Of a stretch of DNA of 32,000 nucleotides, positions 1 through 8,257 are shown in pieces. Every line of letters begins with the position of its first letter. Position 1 is the stretch's first letter. A program made the position numbers and the translations under genes. Source of the stretch: Candidatus Altimarinota bacterium (GTDB lineage Bacteria; Patescibacteriota; Gracilibacteria; UBA1369); assembly GCA_041659405.1 (NCBI GenBank), contig JBAZYK010000003.1:60001-92000 (forward strand). The letters run 5' to 3'. The notes under the pieces were generated by a model, which saw only the letters and a program-made list of their open reading frames with translations, did no database searches and was not told the origin of the DNA.

Positions 1-92
1 TTATTCCTGCGGAACAAAAAGCAGCTGAAGCCGCTGCCGCTGCTGCCAAAAGAGATGCACCTATCGAAGCCCGCAAATTCGCGGTAGTCTAA
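1..92 (+). CDS. 3' end of a CDS entering from upstream (…AAEAAAAAAKRDAPIEARKFAVV*). Identity is not determinable; rpoC is only the syntenic expectation.
   Basis: The frame is open from the window edge to TAA at 90-92, and it lies directly upstream of the rpsL promoter. Confidence 0.3.
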   Translation, partial: IPAEQKAAEAAAAAAKRDAPIEARKFAVV

Positions 93-97
93 TCGAC

Positions 98-126
98 TTG
101 CATTTCAAAAAATTGCAGTGTAAAGT
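98..126 (+). promoter_or_regulatory. sigma70-like promoter of rpsL-rpsG (TTGCAT-17 nt-TAAAGT, with TG just upstream of the -10)
   Basis: TTGCAT at 98-103 and TAAAGT at 121-126. The same TTGCAT -35 recurs at the tuf and infA promoters. Confidence 0.55.
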
Positions 127-132
127 GGGCAA

Positions 133-161
133 GCCTCTGCCTAGAACAAGAGATCAGAGGC
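133..161 (+). other. 5'-UTR stem-loop of rpsL (7-bp stem GCCTCTG/CAGAGGC)
   Basis: Perfect inverted repeat read directly from the sequence. Confidence 0.5.
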
Positions 162-218
162 TCCAAATCCAATATTCCAAGCTATTAATTCTAAATCATT
201 AATCCTAAGTCATAAAAA

Positions 219-632
219 ATGCCAACAATTAATCAACTCATACGTCACCCACGCCGCAATAAAAGAAGCAAATCAAAATCACCGGCACTTCAAACCACAT
301 TCAATACTTTGAAGAACTCCAGCATCAATCTTCCATGTCCTCAAAAACGTGGCGTATGCATCAAGGTTGGTACTATGACTCCAAAAAAACCTAACTCCGC
401 TCTCCGCAAATTTGCCCGTGTTCGTTTAACAAACGGAATCGAGGTAAATGCCTATATCCCGGGTGAAGGACACAATTTACAGGAACATTCGGTTGTAATG
501 ATTCGTGGCGGAAGAGTTAAGGATTTACCAGGTGTACGTTACCACATCATCCGCGGTAAACTTGATACACAGGGTATCCAAACCCGCAGACAGGGACGTT
601 CCCGTTATGGTACTAAGAGACCAAAGAAATAA
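219..632 (+). CDS. rpsL: 30S ribosomal protein S12
   Basis: MPTINQLIR…[10 protein letters not shown]…[13 protein letters not shown] motifs, and the str operon position. Confidence 0.98.
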   Translation: MPTINQLIRHPRRNKRSKSKSPALQTTFNTLKNSSINLPCPQKRGVCIKVGTMTPKKPNSALRKFARVRLTNGIEVNAYIPGEGHNLQEHSVVMIRGGRVKDLPGVRYHIIRGKLDTQGIQTRRQGRSRYGTKRPKK

Positions 633-679
633 CCACGCACAGCGGTACACAACAGTGAGGCCAGCCGGCCGAACTCACC

Positions 680-706
680 AATTACTAATTACTAATTATT
701 AATTAA
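680..706 (+). repeat. Tandem heptamer leader (AATTACT AATTACT AATTATT AATTAA) upstream of rpsG
   Basis: Direct 7-nt periodicity ending 6 nt before the ATG. Confidence 0.85.
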
Positions 707-712
707 AAGGAA

Positions 713-1168
713 ATGGCACAAAAAAGATCACTCTACATTCCAGAAAATTCAAACCCTCTTCAAGAAAAGTTCATCAACTATCTCATGAAGGATGGCAAGA
801 AAAATACAGCGCGCAAAATTTTCAAAGATATGCTCGAAATTTTGATTGAAAAAGGCAACAAAGAACCAGGCAAAGTATTTGAAAAAGCAATTGAATCCGT
901 AAAACCTACTCTGGAAATTAAAGCAAAACGTATTGGTGGCGCCGTTTACCAGATTCCAATCGAAGTAAAACCGGGTCGTCAACTTATGCTTGCTTTCCGT
1001 TGGTTGCTAGAAGGTGCACGTGGCAAAAAAGGCTCTCCAATGGCTCAAAAGCTTGCTGATGAACTTCTTGCCGCTTCCAATGGTGAAGGTCTGGCAATCA
1101 AGAAGAAAGAAGACACAATGAAGATGGCTCAAGCCAACAAAGCCTTCGCTCACTACGCAAAATACTAA
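713..1168 (+). CDS. rpsG: 30S ribosomal protein S7
   Basis: …KFINYLMKDGKKNTARKIF…AFAHYAKY C-terminus, and it follows rpsL. Confidence 0.97.
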   Translation: MAQKRSLYIPENSNPLQEKFINYLMKDGKKNTARKIFKDMLEILIEKGNKEPGKVFEKAIESVKPTLEIKAKRIGGAVYQIPIEVKPGRQLMLAFRWLLEGARGKKGSPMAQKLADELLAASNGEGLAIKKKEDTMKMAQANKAFAHYAKY

Positions 1169-1214
1169 AAGAGATCATCCGGCCCACGGGCCAAAATCCT
1201 ACAAGAATTCAAAA

Positions 1215-1243
1215 GAGTCCCACTCAACCGGGGCTCTTTTTTT
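1215..1243 (+). terminator. Rho-independent terminator after rpsG
   Basis: Stem GAGTCCC/GGGGCTC (one G-U pair), 8-nt loop, followed by T7. Confidence 0.75.
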
Positions 1244-1293
1244 GTGACGATTCTTAGCTATAAAATCCAGACATTTCCAAAACGTACTTTTTC

Positions 1294-1313
1294 TTGATAC
1301 AATCAAGCAGAAA
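1294..1313 (+). promoter_or_regulatory. Extended -10 promoter candidate (TGATACAAT) within the repeated 20-mer TTGATACAATCAAGCAGAAA
   Basis: TGnTACAAT at 1295-1303. A near-identical 20-mer occurs at 3031-3050. Confidence 0.45.
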
Positions 1314-1374
1314 GCATCGCAAGACATTAGGTGTGTGAAAACAATTTGAATTTTTAAAACTTAACAAAATACAG

Positions 1375-1569
1375 ATGAATGACAAAAAAAGACAGGCAGA
1401 AGCCGAAATTGTAAAAGAAGCGGTTTCTAAATTGGATGGTCATCCAACTAAAGATGATGATGTAGAGGCAATAAGAAAAAAAATGGCAAGAGCAGCGGAA
1501 TTATCTCCAAGTTCTGCAATCAGAATGGGGCGGAATTTTTTAAAAGAAACTGATCCTAAAAAACATTAA
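1375..1569 (+). CDS. Hypothetical small protein (64 aa, charged)
   Basis: ORF only; it lies downstream of the candidate promoter. Confidence 0.4.
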   Translation: MNDKKRQAEAEIVKEAVSKLDGHPTKDDDVEAIRKKMARAAELSPSSAIRMGRNFLKETDPKKH

Positions 1570-1585
1570 AAAATCAAATTGTCAT

Positions 1586-1608
1586 CACACAACAGCGCGT
1601 AACCGGTT
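1586..1608 (+). repeat. Left half of a split hairpin repeat (CACACAAC arm + AACAGCGCGTAACCGGTT)
   Basis: Matches the left half of the intact element at 2950-2991. It shares an 18-nt direct repeat with 1928-1945. Confidence 0.6.
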
Positions 1609-1662
1609 CACCTGCGGGCTCACTCAAATTTTTTCTTAACCTTAATTTAGAAATAAAATATT

Positions 1663-1917
1663 ATGAACAAAGTAGAATTTATAGGCTTTGTAGCAGGGAT
1701 ACTGGTAGCAATTTCTGTACTACCACAAGTTATTAAGTCGTGGAAAACCAGATCCACAAAAGATGTTTCAATAATGTGGAGTATCATTAATCTGGCCGGG
1801 CAAATGTTATGGATAGTTTATGGGGCTTACATTGGGAGTAACGCACTTGTAATCATGAGTAGTATTACATTGATAATGAATGTTTCAATGGTAATTCTAA
1901 AACTGAAGTTCGGCTAA
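1663..1917 (+). CDS. SemiSWEET / PQ-loop family small membrane transporter (84 aa, 3 predicted TM)
   Basis: Three hydrophobic segments, a PQ motif in TM1 (VLPQVIKSWKTRS), and a size typical of bacterial SemiSWEETs. Confidence 0.7.
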   Translation: MNKVEFIGFVAGILVAISVLPQVIKSWKTRSTKDVSIMWSIINLAGQMLWIVYGAYIGSNALVIMSSITLIMNVSMVILKLKFG

Positions 1918-1927
1918 GAAAAAATTT

Positions 1928-1963
1928 AACAGCGCCCAACCGGTTAGGCTCGAACGTTGTGTG
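1928..1963 (+). repeat. Right half of a split hairpin repeat (AACAGCGCCCAACCGGTT … GTTGTGTG arm)
   Basis: Matches the right half of the intact element at 2950-2991. Confidence 0.6.
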
Positions 1964-2016
1964 AATTTCTTGTTTTTACTTACTTCAATTAATCACTATT
2001 TTTTTATTTTCGAAAT

Positions 2017-2187
2017 ATGAAAAATAATTCAAATTACATCTGGAGTATTTTAGGAATTTTTGAATTCTGCTTAATTGGATTCATTCATTATTACTATTCA
2101 AGTTCCACTCCAATGTTTTGGATAAGTCTATTAGCACTTATGATTATCTTCCTTCTTGTAGGCAATATTCTTACGAAAAAGAAGTAG
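2017..2187 (+). CDS. Hypothetical small membrane protein (56 aa; below the ORF-track cutoff)
   Basis: ATG at 2017 and TAG at 2185-2187; two hydrophobic stretches (ILGIFEFCLIGF, ISLLALMIIFLLVG). Confidence 0.3.
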   Translation: MKNNSNYIWSILGIFEFCLIGFIHYYYSSSTPMFWISLLALMIIFLLVGNILTKKK

Positions 2188-2293
2188 GATCATTAAAAAA
2201 AACGCAACAAAAACATCGCACACGCACGAACGTGGTTTGCCATGGCAGAACCGCAAGAACAGAAATTTTGGGGATCTTTTGGAGATCTAGAAT

Positions 2294-2322
2294 TTGACCA
2301 AATTAGCTATCGATGTTATAGT
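2294..2322 (+). promoter_or_regulatory. sigma70-like promoter (TTGACC-17 nt-TATAGT)
   Basis: Hexamers at 2294-2299 and 2317-2322, 30 nt upstream of the 2353 ATG. Confidence 0.55.
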
Positions 2323-2352
2323 TAGCTTAGTTTAATTCTTAAAATTATTACT

Positions 2353-2634
2353 ATGCCAGATGAAGAAAAAAGGAAAGAACCTGAAACCGTTGACGAAGCT
2401 GCTAAATGGGTGGTAGATCTTTTTGATCAAGCAAATACTGGTGGCGCTATTGAAAACATGGGAAGTAGAGGTCAAGAAGTAAGTAACGCAATAGATGATC
2501 TAAGACGAGCTTTAAATCGGGACGGTAAAAAAACCGTAATTGACGATCAACAAATGGTTGAAATTAAAGCAGATCGCAATAAAACCAAAGAACGGGTCAA
2601 AAATTTATATAAAAAAAACAAAGACCATTTCTAA
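2353..2634 (+). CDS. Hypothetical protein (93 aa)
   Basis: ORF downstream of a good promoter match. Confidence 0.45.
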   Translation: MPDEEKRKEPETVDEAAKWVVDLFDQANTGGAIENMGSRGQEVSNAIDDLRRALNRDGKKTVIDDQQMVEIKADRNKTKERVKNLYKKNKDHF

Positions 2635-2686
2635 AAAGCCGCTAAAATTTCTGTTTGCCTTCGGCGGTGGTTCTGCCACAGCACCC

Positions 2687-2926
2687 ATGCGAACGTTATA
2701 TAATGGAATTCCCCTTCATTCATCACTTATGGAAAAAAGAAGAATAATATTCGATATACCAAATGGTGTTACCCCAGAGGATATCGATAGAATATATTTT
2801 ACATTTGACAGTAAAATCGGATTTATAACTGATTGGGTTTCAAACACTTTGGAGGCCAATGTAGCTATTGATCTAATAGATGCATTTAAAAAGCAAGCTT
2901 CCAAAGCAGGTTTAAAAGAAAAATAA
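2687..2926 (+). CDS. Hypothetical protein (79 aa; start trimmed to the first ATG after the upstream stop)
   Basis: ORF 2540-2926 overlaps the previous ORF, so the internal ATG at 2687 was chosen. The start is uncertain. Confidence 0.3.
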   Translation: MRTLYNGIPLHSSLMEKRRIIFDIPNGVTPEDIDRIYFTFDSKIGFITDWVSNTLEANVAIDLIDAFKKQASKAGLKEK

Positions 2927-2949
2927 TTTGTCTGTGTCGAACAATTCAT

Positions 2950-2991
2950 CACACAACCATGTCCAACCGGTTCAGACGCGGACGTTGTGTG
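2950..2991 (+). repeat. Intact hairpin repeat CACACAAC-N7-AACCGGTT-N11-GTTGTGTG
   Basis: 8-bp perfect arms plus inner GTCC/GGAC pairs and a central palindrome AACCGGTT. Confidence 0.7.
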
Positions 2992-3030
2992 CCATACTGC
3001 TCGGAGACACTTCCCAAAACACGCCCTTTA

Positions 3031-3050
3031 TTGATACAATCAGGCAGAAA
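3031..3050 (+). promoter_or_regulatory. Extended -10 promoter candidate (TGATACAAT) within the repeated 20-mer TTGATACAATCAGGCAGAAA
   Basis: 19/20 identical to 1294-1313, and 26 nt upstream of the 3076 ATG. Confidence 0.45.
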
Positions 3051-3075
3051 CAGCTAAACACTTAATCAATTTTAT

Positions 3076-3444
3076 ATGCCAAAAATAATTATCGATGGCG
3101 CAGAATGTGCCACTTATGAATCTCCTGAACATGATGCACTTAGTGAAGATCTGGCAAAATTAACAGTTGAAGATTTAGAAAGGGAATTAGCCGCCAGAGA
3201 AAGGACGATGGCAGAAGAAACAGAAGCTGCATTATTTCCAGCATGGGTTTTAGGCCTAACAAGGCTTACAGGGCCAATTGATGATCACGATAGAAAGCGC
3301 GCACAAAGATTGCTCGAAGTAACGGAAACAAGAGAAGCACTTCAAAAAGTATTTCCAAAACCAATAAGCGAGGCAGACTGGGAAATAGCAAGGGGCCGCA
3401 GAATAGTTGCCGAAAAAATACTTGAAGGTGTGTTGATAGAGTAA
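3076..3444 (+). CDS. Hypothetical protein (122 aa, acidic)
   Basis: ORF with promoter context, closely followed by the MFS gene. Confidence 0.5.
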   Translation: MPKIIIDGAECATYESPEHDALSEDLAKLTVEDLERELAARERTMAEETEAALFPAWVLGLTRLTGPIDDHDRKRAQRLLEVTETREALQKVFPKPISEADWEIARGRRIVAEKILEGVLIE

Positions 3445-3460
3445 AAATTTACCAGTTCCT

Positions 3461-4693
3461 ATGCCCAAATCCCCCGCCCATCCAAATCCTCCCAAAGCCC
3501 CCCAAGCTCAAACCATTTTCGGCGTCCAAAAGCCAATTTTTTGGCTTGGGATTGTCAGTTTTCTTACCGACGTCAGCTCCGAAATGATTTTTTCGATCCT
3601 TTCGGTTTTCTTAACTGTAGTTCTGGGCGCGTCCACAGTCATACTTGGAATCATGGAAGGTCTGGCCGATTTTGCAGCTTCCTCCCTGGATTTCATTTCC
3701 GGTTACCTCTCCGACAAAACCGGCAAACGCAAAATCTTCGCGCTTTTTGGTTATGGCTTTTCAACTCTGGCCAAATGCCTGCTGGTTGTTGTCAGCAACG
3801 TCGCCGGAGTTTTTAGTTTTAGAGTGATTGAACGCCTTGGTAAATCCATTCGCGGAGCCCCACGTGACGCCCTTATTTCTTCCCTCAGCGAAAAATCAAA
3901 ACTGGGTTTTTCATTCGGTTTTCACAAAATGTTGGATAAAACCGGTGCCGTTTTAGGGCCATTTATAGCCTACTTCCTGCTTTCAGCCTTTGGCCAAAAT
4001 CCCCAAACCTTCCAACTGCTTTTCATAGTTGCCGTAATCCCCGCTCTTCTTTCCGTCCTGATTCTTGGCATATTCGTAAAAGATAAACCGGCTCCATCCC
4101 GCACACGCCAAAACATTTTCACACTGTACAAAGAATCAACTCCCGCCTTCAAAAAATATCTCAAAGTTGCCGGATTTTTCTCGATAGCCTACTTCAGTTT
4201 TGCCTTTCTGATGCTCAAAGCCTATCAAGTCGGCTTCGAGATCAAAGATATCGTTTTGCTTTACGCGCTCTTCAACATCGCCTTCACAATTATTTCCATT
4301 CCGGTCGGCAAAATCGGCGACAAAATCGGCCGCCACAAAATCATCCTCGCCGAATTTATCATTTACGCTTTGATGTGTTTGGGTTTTATTTTCGCCACAA
4401 CCAAACTCACCGTCGGACTGCTTTTTCTGGTTTACGGAATTTTCTACGCGATCGACGAAGGCCAGACCAAAGCCTTTATCAGCGACATCTCCAGTGAAGA
4501 AACCCGCGCCAGCTCAATCGGCCTTTATAATTTTATCACCGGCATGATTTATCTGCCCGCCTCATTAATCGCCGGATTTCTCTGGAGCCAATACGGTTCC
4601 GCCGCCACATTTATATTTGCCGGAGCTATCGCTTTAATCTCGGCCGTTGCCTTCAAATTTAGCGCATATCACGAAGCATCTTCACATCGCTAA
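3461..4693 (+). CDS. MFS-type transporter (410 aa, ~12 hydrophobic segments)
   Basis: Repeated TM segments and an MFS-like loop motif (GYLSDKTGKRK, PVGKIGDKIGRHK). Confidence 0.85.
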   Translation: MPKSPAHPNPPKAPQAQTIFGVQKPIFWLGIVSFLTDVSSEMIFSILSVFLTVVLGASTVILGIMEGLADFAASSLDFISGYLSDKTGKRKIFALFGYGFSTLAKCLLVVVSNVAGVFSFRVIERLGKSIRGAPRDALISSLSEKSKLGFSFGFHKMLDKTGAVLGPFIAYFLLSAFGQNPQTFQLLFIVAVIPALLSVLILGIFVKDKPAPSRTRQNIFTLYKESTPAFKKYLKVAGFFSIAYFSFAFLMLKAYQVGFEIKDIVLLYALFNIAFTIISIPVGKIGDKIGRHKIILAEFIIYALMCLGFIFATTKLTVGLLFLVYGIFYAIDEGQTKAFISDISSEETRASSIGLYNFITGMIYLPASLIAGFLWSQYGSAATFIFAGAIALISAVAFKFSAYHEASSHR

Positions 4694-5135
4694 TCACCTC
4701 TTCGGCGTGTTCAGCCGGCTTCACTTTTTCGTAATGCTTCACAATTACGCCTTTTGGATCAATCAAAAACGACTCGCGTGAAATCCCCATAAATTTCTTT
4801 CCCATAAAGTTTTTCTCCTTCCAGACTCCATATTCTTGAATCACCTTTTTATCGACATCGGACAGCAAAGGAAAATTAAGACGTTCCTTTAACCTGAATT
4901 TTTTATGAGACTCGGAACTATCCGCGCTAACCCCTATAACCTGCACATTCAAAGCCTTTAAATCATTCATGCGATTACGCAAACACTGCGCTTCTTCCGT
5001 ACACCCCGGCGTCATATCCTTTGGATAAAAATACAAAAGAATATATTGCCCCTTAAAATCCGCAAGCGAAAGATCCCCGCCATTTTCATCCGGCAAATTA
5101 ACCGCCGGCGCCTTTTTGTTTAACAGGTTCGACAT
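4659..5135 (-). CDS. bcp: Peroxiredoxin, Bcp/AhpC-TSA family
   Basis: FYPKDMTPGCTEEA active-site motif and ~158 aa. It is convergent with the MFS gene, and the 3' ends overlap by 35 nt. Confidence 0.9.
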   Translation of the reverse strand: MSNLLNKKAPAVNLPDENGGDLSLADFKGQYILLYFYPKDMTPGCTEEAQCLRNRMNDLKALNVQVIGVSADSSESHKKFRLKERLNFPLLSDVDKKVIQEYGVWKEKNFMGKKFMGISRESFLIDPKGVIVKHYEKVKPAEHAEEVISDVKMLRDMR

Positions 5136-5294
5136 ACAACAAAATTAAAAATTATTGATCAGTGCCCCCAATCATAGCACGAAAAACTAACATTAATAAA
5201 CGACTTTTGTAGATATAAAAGCTCATTTTTTACTTGCAATAATTAGAATAGATATAGTACCATTGCGACCATTTTAAATTTTAAATTTTCAATT

Positions 5295-5906
5295 ATGCGA
5301 AAAGGCACACCAGCGGAACAATTTCTTGAAACAGCTGATCGACATTTCAAGTTTGATGGTAAAAACCGGTTAATTACCCCTCGAGTACAAGCACAAATAT
5401 TGAAAATAGGGCAGGCTTGCCAAGACGTTTTAGCAGTACACGGACAAATATCTACAGCCGATTATATTAAGATTGCCGAAAATTACGGAAAAGTAGAAGG
5501 AAATACTGCTAAACAAAGCTTATCGGTAACTTTAAGCAAACCAAAAGTTTATGAGTTTAGAGATTTTCCGCGCGGGTTTGTAGAATTTAGACATTTACCC
5601 AAAGGCCACCACACATCGCCGCAATTTTTTACTGAACCCAGAATACCACAAATTACTGCTACTTTTGATGGCAAGCTTTGGTTTGTTACTCCTGATGGCA
5701 AAATCGAAACTCATGGTAAAAATGATCCCCCAAGAATTCCCGGAGAAGATGATGATATCGAAATATCTATCCCTACTAGACGTAATTGGACAGGCCTTGT
5801 TGCCCAACCTAGAACAGCCAACCAAGAATCCACGAGTCGTCATGACTGGAAAGAGGTTGTTCAAAGAGTTATAACCGCCAGCACTTTTTCAGCGGGGAAA
5901 AAATAA
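5295..5906 (+). CDS. Hypothetical protein (203 aa)
   Basis: ORF only; no motif recognised. Confidence 0.5.
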   Translation: MRKGTPAEQFLETADRHFKFDGKNRLITPRVQAQILKIGQACQDVLAVHGQISTADYIKIAENYGKVEGNTAKQSLSVTLSKPKVYEFRDFPRGFVEFRHLPKGHHTSPQFFTEPRIPQITATFDGKLWFVTPDGKIETHGKNDPPRIPGEDDDIEISIPTRRNWTGLVAQPRTANQESTSRHDWKEVVQRVITASTFSAGKK

Positions 5907-5928
5907 ACATAATTAAATTTTCCTTTCC

Positions 5929-5956
5929 TTGACTTCACATCAGGAATAAATATAAT
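5929..5956 (+). promoter_or_regulatory. sigma70-like promoter of fusA (TTGACT-16 nt-TATAAT)
   Basis: Near-consensus hexamers at 5929-5934 and 5951-5956. Confidence 0.65.
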
Positions 5957-5998
5957 ACAAAAGCCCTCAAATGAGAGGGAAATTTAAGTAAAACTCGT

Positions 5999-6074
5999 GC
6001 TCAGGTTGTGAATACCTACTGAGCACATCCGGGGTAGGGGCCCTGTGTGCGAAGGAGGTATTCACAACCTGAGC
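5999..6074 (+). repeat. Long-stem hairpin element, copy 1 (fusA 5' UTR)
   Basis: 19-bp perfect arms GCTCAGGTTGTGAATACCT/AGGTATTCACAACCTGAGC, an A.G mismatch, tandem G.A, inner stem GCACA/TGTGC, and loop TCCGGGGTAGGGGCCCTG at 6028-6045. Confidence 0.9.
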
Positions 6075-6078
6075 CAAC

Positions 6079-6099
6079 TAATTACTAATTCTTAATTAA
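6079..6099 (+). repeat. Tandem heptamer leader (TAATTAC TAATTCT TAATTAA) upstream of fusA
   Basis: 7-nt periodicity ending 7 nt before the ATG. Confidence 0.85.
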
Positions 6100-6106
6100 A
6101 TAAACC

Positions 6107-8185
6107 ATGTCCGTCGACCTTAGTAAACTTCGCAACTTTGGTATTATCGCGCATATTGATGCCGGTAAAACCACTACCACCGAACGTATTCTTTTCTATA
6201 CCGGTAAAAATTACAAAATCGGTGAAGTGCATGAAGGTGCTGCCACAATGGACTGGATGGAACAGGAACGTGAACGCGGAATTACAATTACCTCCGCCGC
6301 TACAAGCTGCGCCTGGAAAGATTGCCGCTACAACATTATTGATACCCCCGGGCACGTAGACTTTACAGCCGAAGTAGAACGCTCACTCCGCGTACTTGAT
6401 GGAGGTGTTGTTGTTTTCGACGGCTCACAGGGTGTAGAACCTCAATCCGAAACAGTATGGCGCCAAGCTGATAAATACTCGGTTCCCCGCATGGCCTTTG
6501 TAAACAAAATGGACAAACTTGGTGCTGACTTTTACATGAGCTTACAATCTATTTTCGATCGTCTTAGTAAAGAAGCCGTTGCCATTCAACTTCCTATCGG
6601 TGAAGAATCAACTTTTATGGGTGTTATTGATCTCGTCCTTCAAAAAGCTTTCACCTTTGAAGGCAAACACGGTGAAATCATCAAAGAAATCCCAATTCCG
6701 GAAGACATGAAAGATAAGGTTCAGGAATATCGTCATCGTTTAATGGAAAAAGTGGCTGAATGTAATGACGACCTGACTGATAAATATCTCCGTGGAGAAG
6801 AATTAACAGTTGAAGAAATCAAGCGTGGTATGCGCAACGCAGTAGTGAAAAACCAACTTTACCCGGTATTTTGTGGATCCGCCCTTGCTAACAAAGGTGT
6901 TCAACTTGTATTGGATGGCGTAAATGAATATCTTCCTTCTCCTTTGGATATCGCCGCTGTTAAAGGAACAAATCCGGACACCGGACTGGAAGAAGAACGT
7001 AACATGGAAGAAAATCAACCATTCTCCGCTTTGATCTTTAAGATCATGACTGATCCTTTCGTTGGAAAACTCGCTTATTTCCGTGTTTACTCCGGCAAAC
7101 TAACTTCCGGAAGTTACGTTTTAAACAGTTCAACCGGCAACAAAGAACGTATTAGCCGTTTGATTCAGATGCATGCCAACTTACGTGAAGAAATCAAAGA
7201 AGTACACGCAGGTGATATTGCCGCAACCGTAGGTCTTAAAGGAACCTTCACCGGCCACACACTTTGCGACGAAGACAAGCCAATTATCCTTGAATCAATC
7301 ACCTTCCCTGAACCGGTTATCCAAATTGCGATTGAACCAAAGACTAAAGCCGATCAGGAAAAAATGGGTATCGCTCTGCAAAAACTTGCCGAAGAAGATC
7401 CAACCTTCCAGGTTAAAACTCATGAAGAAACCGGACAAACACTTATTGCCGGTATGGGAGAACTTCATCTGGATATTATCGTTGATCGTATGCGCCGTGA
7501 ATTTAAAGTGGAAGCCAACATCGGTCGTCCACAGGTAGCTTACCGTGAAACCATCACGACCGAAGTTAAGGCGGAAGAGAAATACGTTAAACAATCAGGT
7601 GGTCGTGGTCAATATGGTCACGTTATGATCCGCTTGATGCCAAATGAACCGGGCAAGGGTTACGAATTTGTGAATAAAGTCGTTGGAGGTAAAATTCCTC
7701 GTGAATTCATTCCGGCCGTAGATAAAGGTATTAAAGAAGCAACAACTCGTGGGATTTTGGCCGGATACCCTGTAGTAGACGTCAAAATTGAACTTTATGA
7801 TGGTTCTTACCATGATGTGGATTCCAACGAATTGGCATTTAAAATTGCCGGTTCTATGGCCTTCCAAAAAGGGGCAAGAGCTGCCGGTCCGGTTATTCTT
7901 GAACCAATCATGAAAGTGGAAGTTACTTCTCCTGAAGAATTTTTTGGAGATGTAATGGGTAACTTAAGTTCACGCCGTGGCCAAATTTACGAAACAACCA
8001 ACCGCGGTATGGCTAAAGTTATTCACTCCCGCGTTCCGCTTTCCGAAATGTTTGGTTACGCAACCGATCTTCGTTCTATGACTCAAGGCCGCGCCGCTTA
8101 CACCATGGAATTTGATCACTACGAAAAAGTTCCGGCAAACGTTGCCGAAAAGATCATCGCAGAAAGGACTGCAGGAAAGGCGTAA
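6107..8185 (+). CDS. fusA: Elongation factor G
   Basis: [13 protein letters not shown]1 motif, DTPGHVDF, 692 aa. Confidence 0.98.
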   Translation: MSVDLSKLRNFGIIAHIDAGKTTTTERILFYTGKNYKIGEVHEGAATMDWMEQERERGITITSAATSCAWKDCRYNIIDTPGHVDFTAEVERSLRVLDGGVVVFDGSQGVEPQSETVWRQADKYSVPRMAFVNKMDKLGADFYMSLQSIFDRLSKEAVAIQLPIGEESTFMGVIDLVLQKAFTFEGKHGEIIKEIPIPEDMKDKVQEYRHRLMEKVAECNDDLTDKYLRGEELTVEEIKRGMRNAVVKNQLYPVFCGSALANKGVQLVLDGVNEYLPSPLDIAAVKGTNPDTGLEEERNMEENQPFSALIFKIMTDPFVGKLAYFRVYSGKLTSGSYVLNSSTGNKERISRLIQMHANLREEIKEVHAGDIAATVGLKGTFTGHTLCDEDKPIILESITFPEPVIQIAIEPKTKADQEKMGIALQKLAEEDPTFQVKTHEETGQTLIAGMGELHLDIIVDRMRREFKVEANIGRPQVAYRETITTEVKAEEKYVKQSGGRGQYGHVMIRLMPNEPGKGYEFVNKVVGGKIPREFIPAVDKGIKEATTRGILAGYPVVDVKIELYDGSYHDVDSNELAFKIAGSMAFQKGARAAGPVILEPIMKVEVTSPEEFFGDVMGNLSSRRGQIYETTNRGMAKVIHSRVPLSEMFGYATDLRSMTQGRAAYTMEFDHYEKVPANVAEKIIAERTAGKA

Positions 8186-8222
8186 AAATTCCCTTGCATT
8201 GCTGATTTTTTTCCGATAATAT
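8184..8222 (+). promoter_or_regulatory. sigma70-like promoter of tuf (AAAAATTCCC-TTGCAT-17 nt-TAATAT)
   Basis: TTGCAT at 8194-8199 and TAATAT at 8217-8222. The 18-mer AAAAATTCCCTTGCATTG is identical to 23258-23275. Confidence 0.6.
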
Positions 8223-8247
8223 CCTTTCGCATTTCTTCAAAATGCAT

Positions 8248-8257
8248 TGCTCTTTAA
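8248..8257 (+). promoter_or_regulatory. boxA-like sequence TGCTCTTTAA in the tuf leader, flanked by hairpins at 8229-8245 and 8260-8275
   Basis: Matches the first 10 nt of the E. coli rrn boxA (TGCTCTTTAACAA). Confidence 0.4.

Noticed and set aside
2540-2686. The N-terminal 49 codons of ORF 2540-2926
   Set aside because: This part overlaps the 3' end of ORF 2353-2634 in another frame and is Lys-rich low-complexity sequence. I trimmed the start to ATG 2687, though the true start remains uncertain.
1586-2991. CACACAAC…GTTGTGTG repeats after small ORFs as integron attC sites (…AAC / GTT… cores)
   Set aside because: At ~42 nt they are shorter than typical attC sites. The arms fit RYYYAAC/GTTRRRY only at the AAC/GTT triplets. 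No intI gene or attI is in the window, and several of the ORFs have their own promoter-like motifs. I kept the observation only as a generic split-repeat/cassette finding.
5136-5294. Divergent promoters for bcp and the 203-aa ORF
   Set aside because: Only weak or mis-spaced hexamers are present (TTGCAA…TACCAT at 18 nt, TTTATT…TATGAT), which is not good enough to annotate.
6028-6045. G-quadruplex formation by the GGGGTAGGGG loop
   Set aside because: There are only two G-tracts per element. An intramolecular G4 needs four, and a bimolecular G4 is pure speculation.
6018-6055. Hammerhead-ribozyme-like core (CUGA … GAA flanking a stem) in the hairpin elements
   Set aside because: The hammerhead needs CUGANGA before stem II, GAAA after it, and a three-way junction. 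Here CU-GA directly abuts the stem, the helix is simply continuous, and copies 2 and 10 replace the G.A pairs with Watson-Crick pairs.
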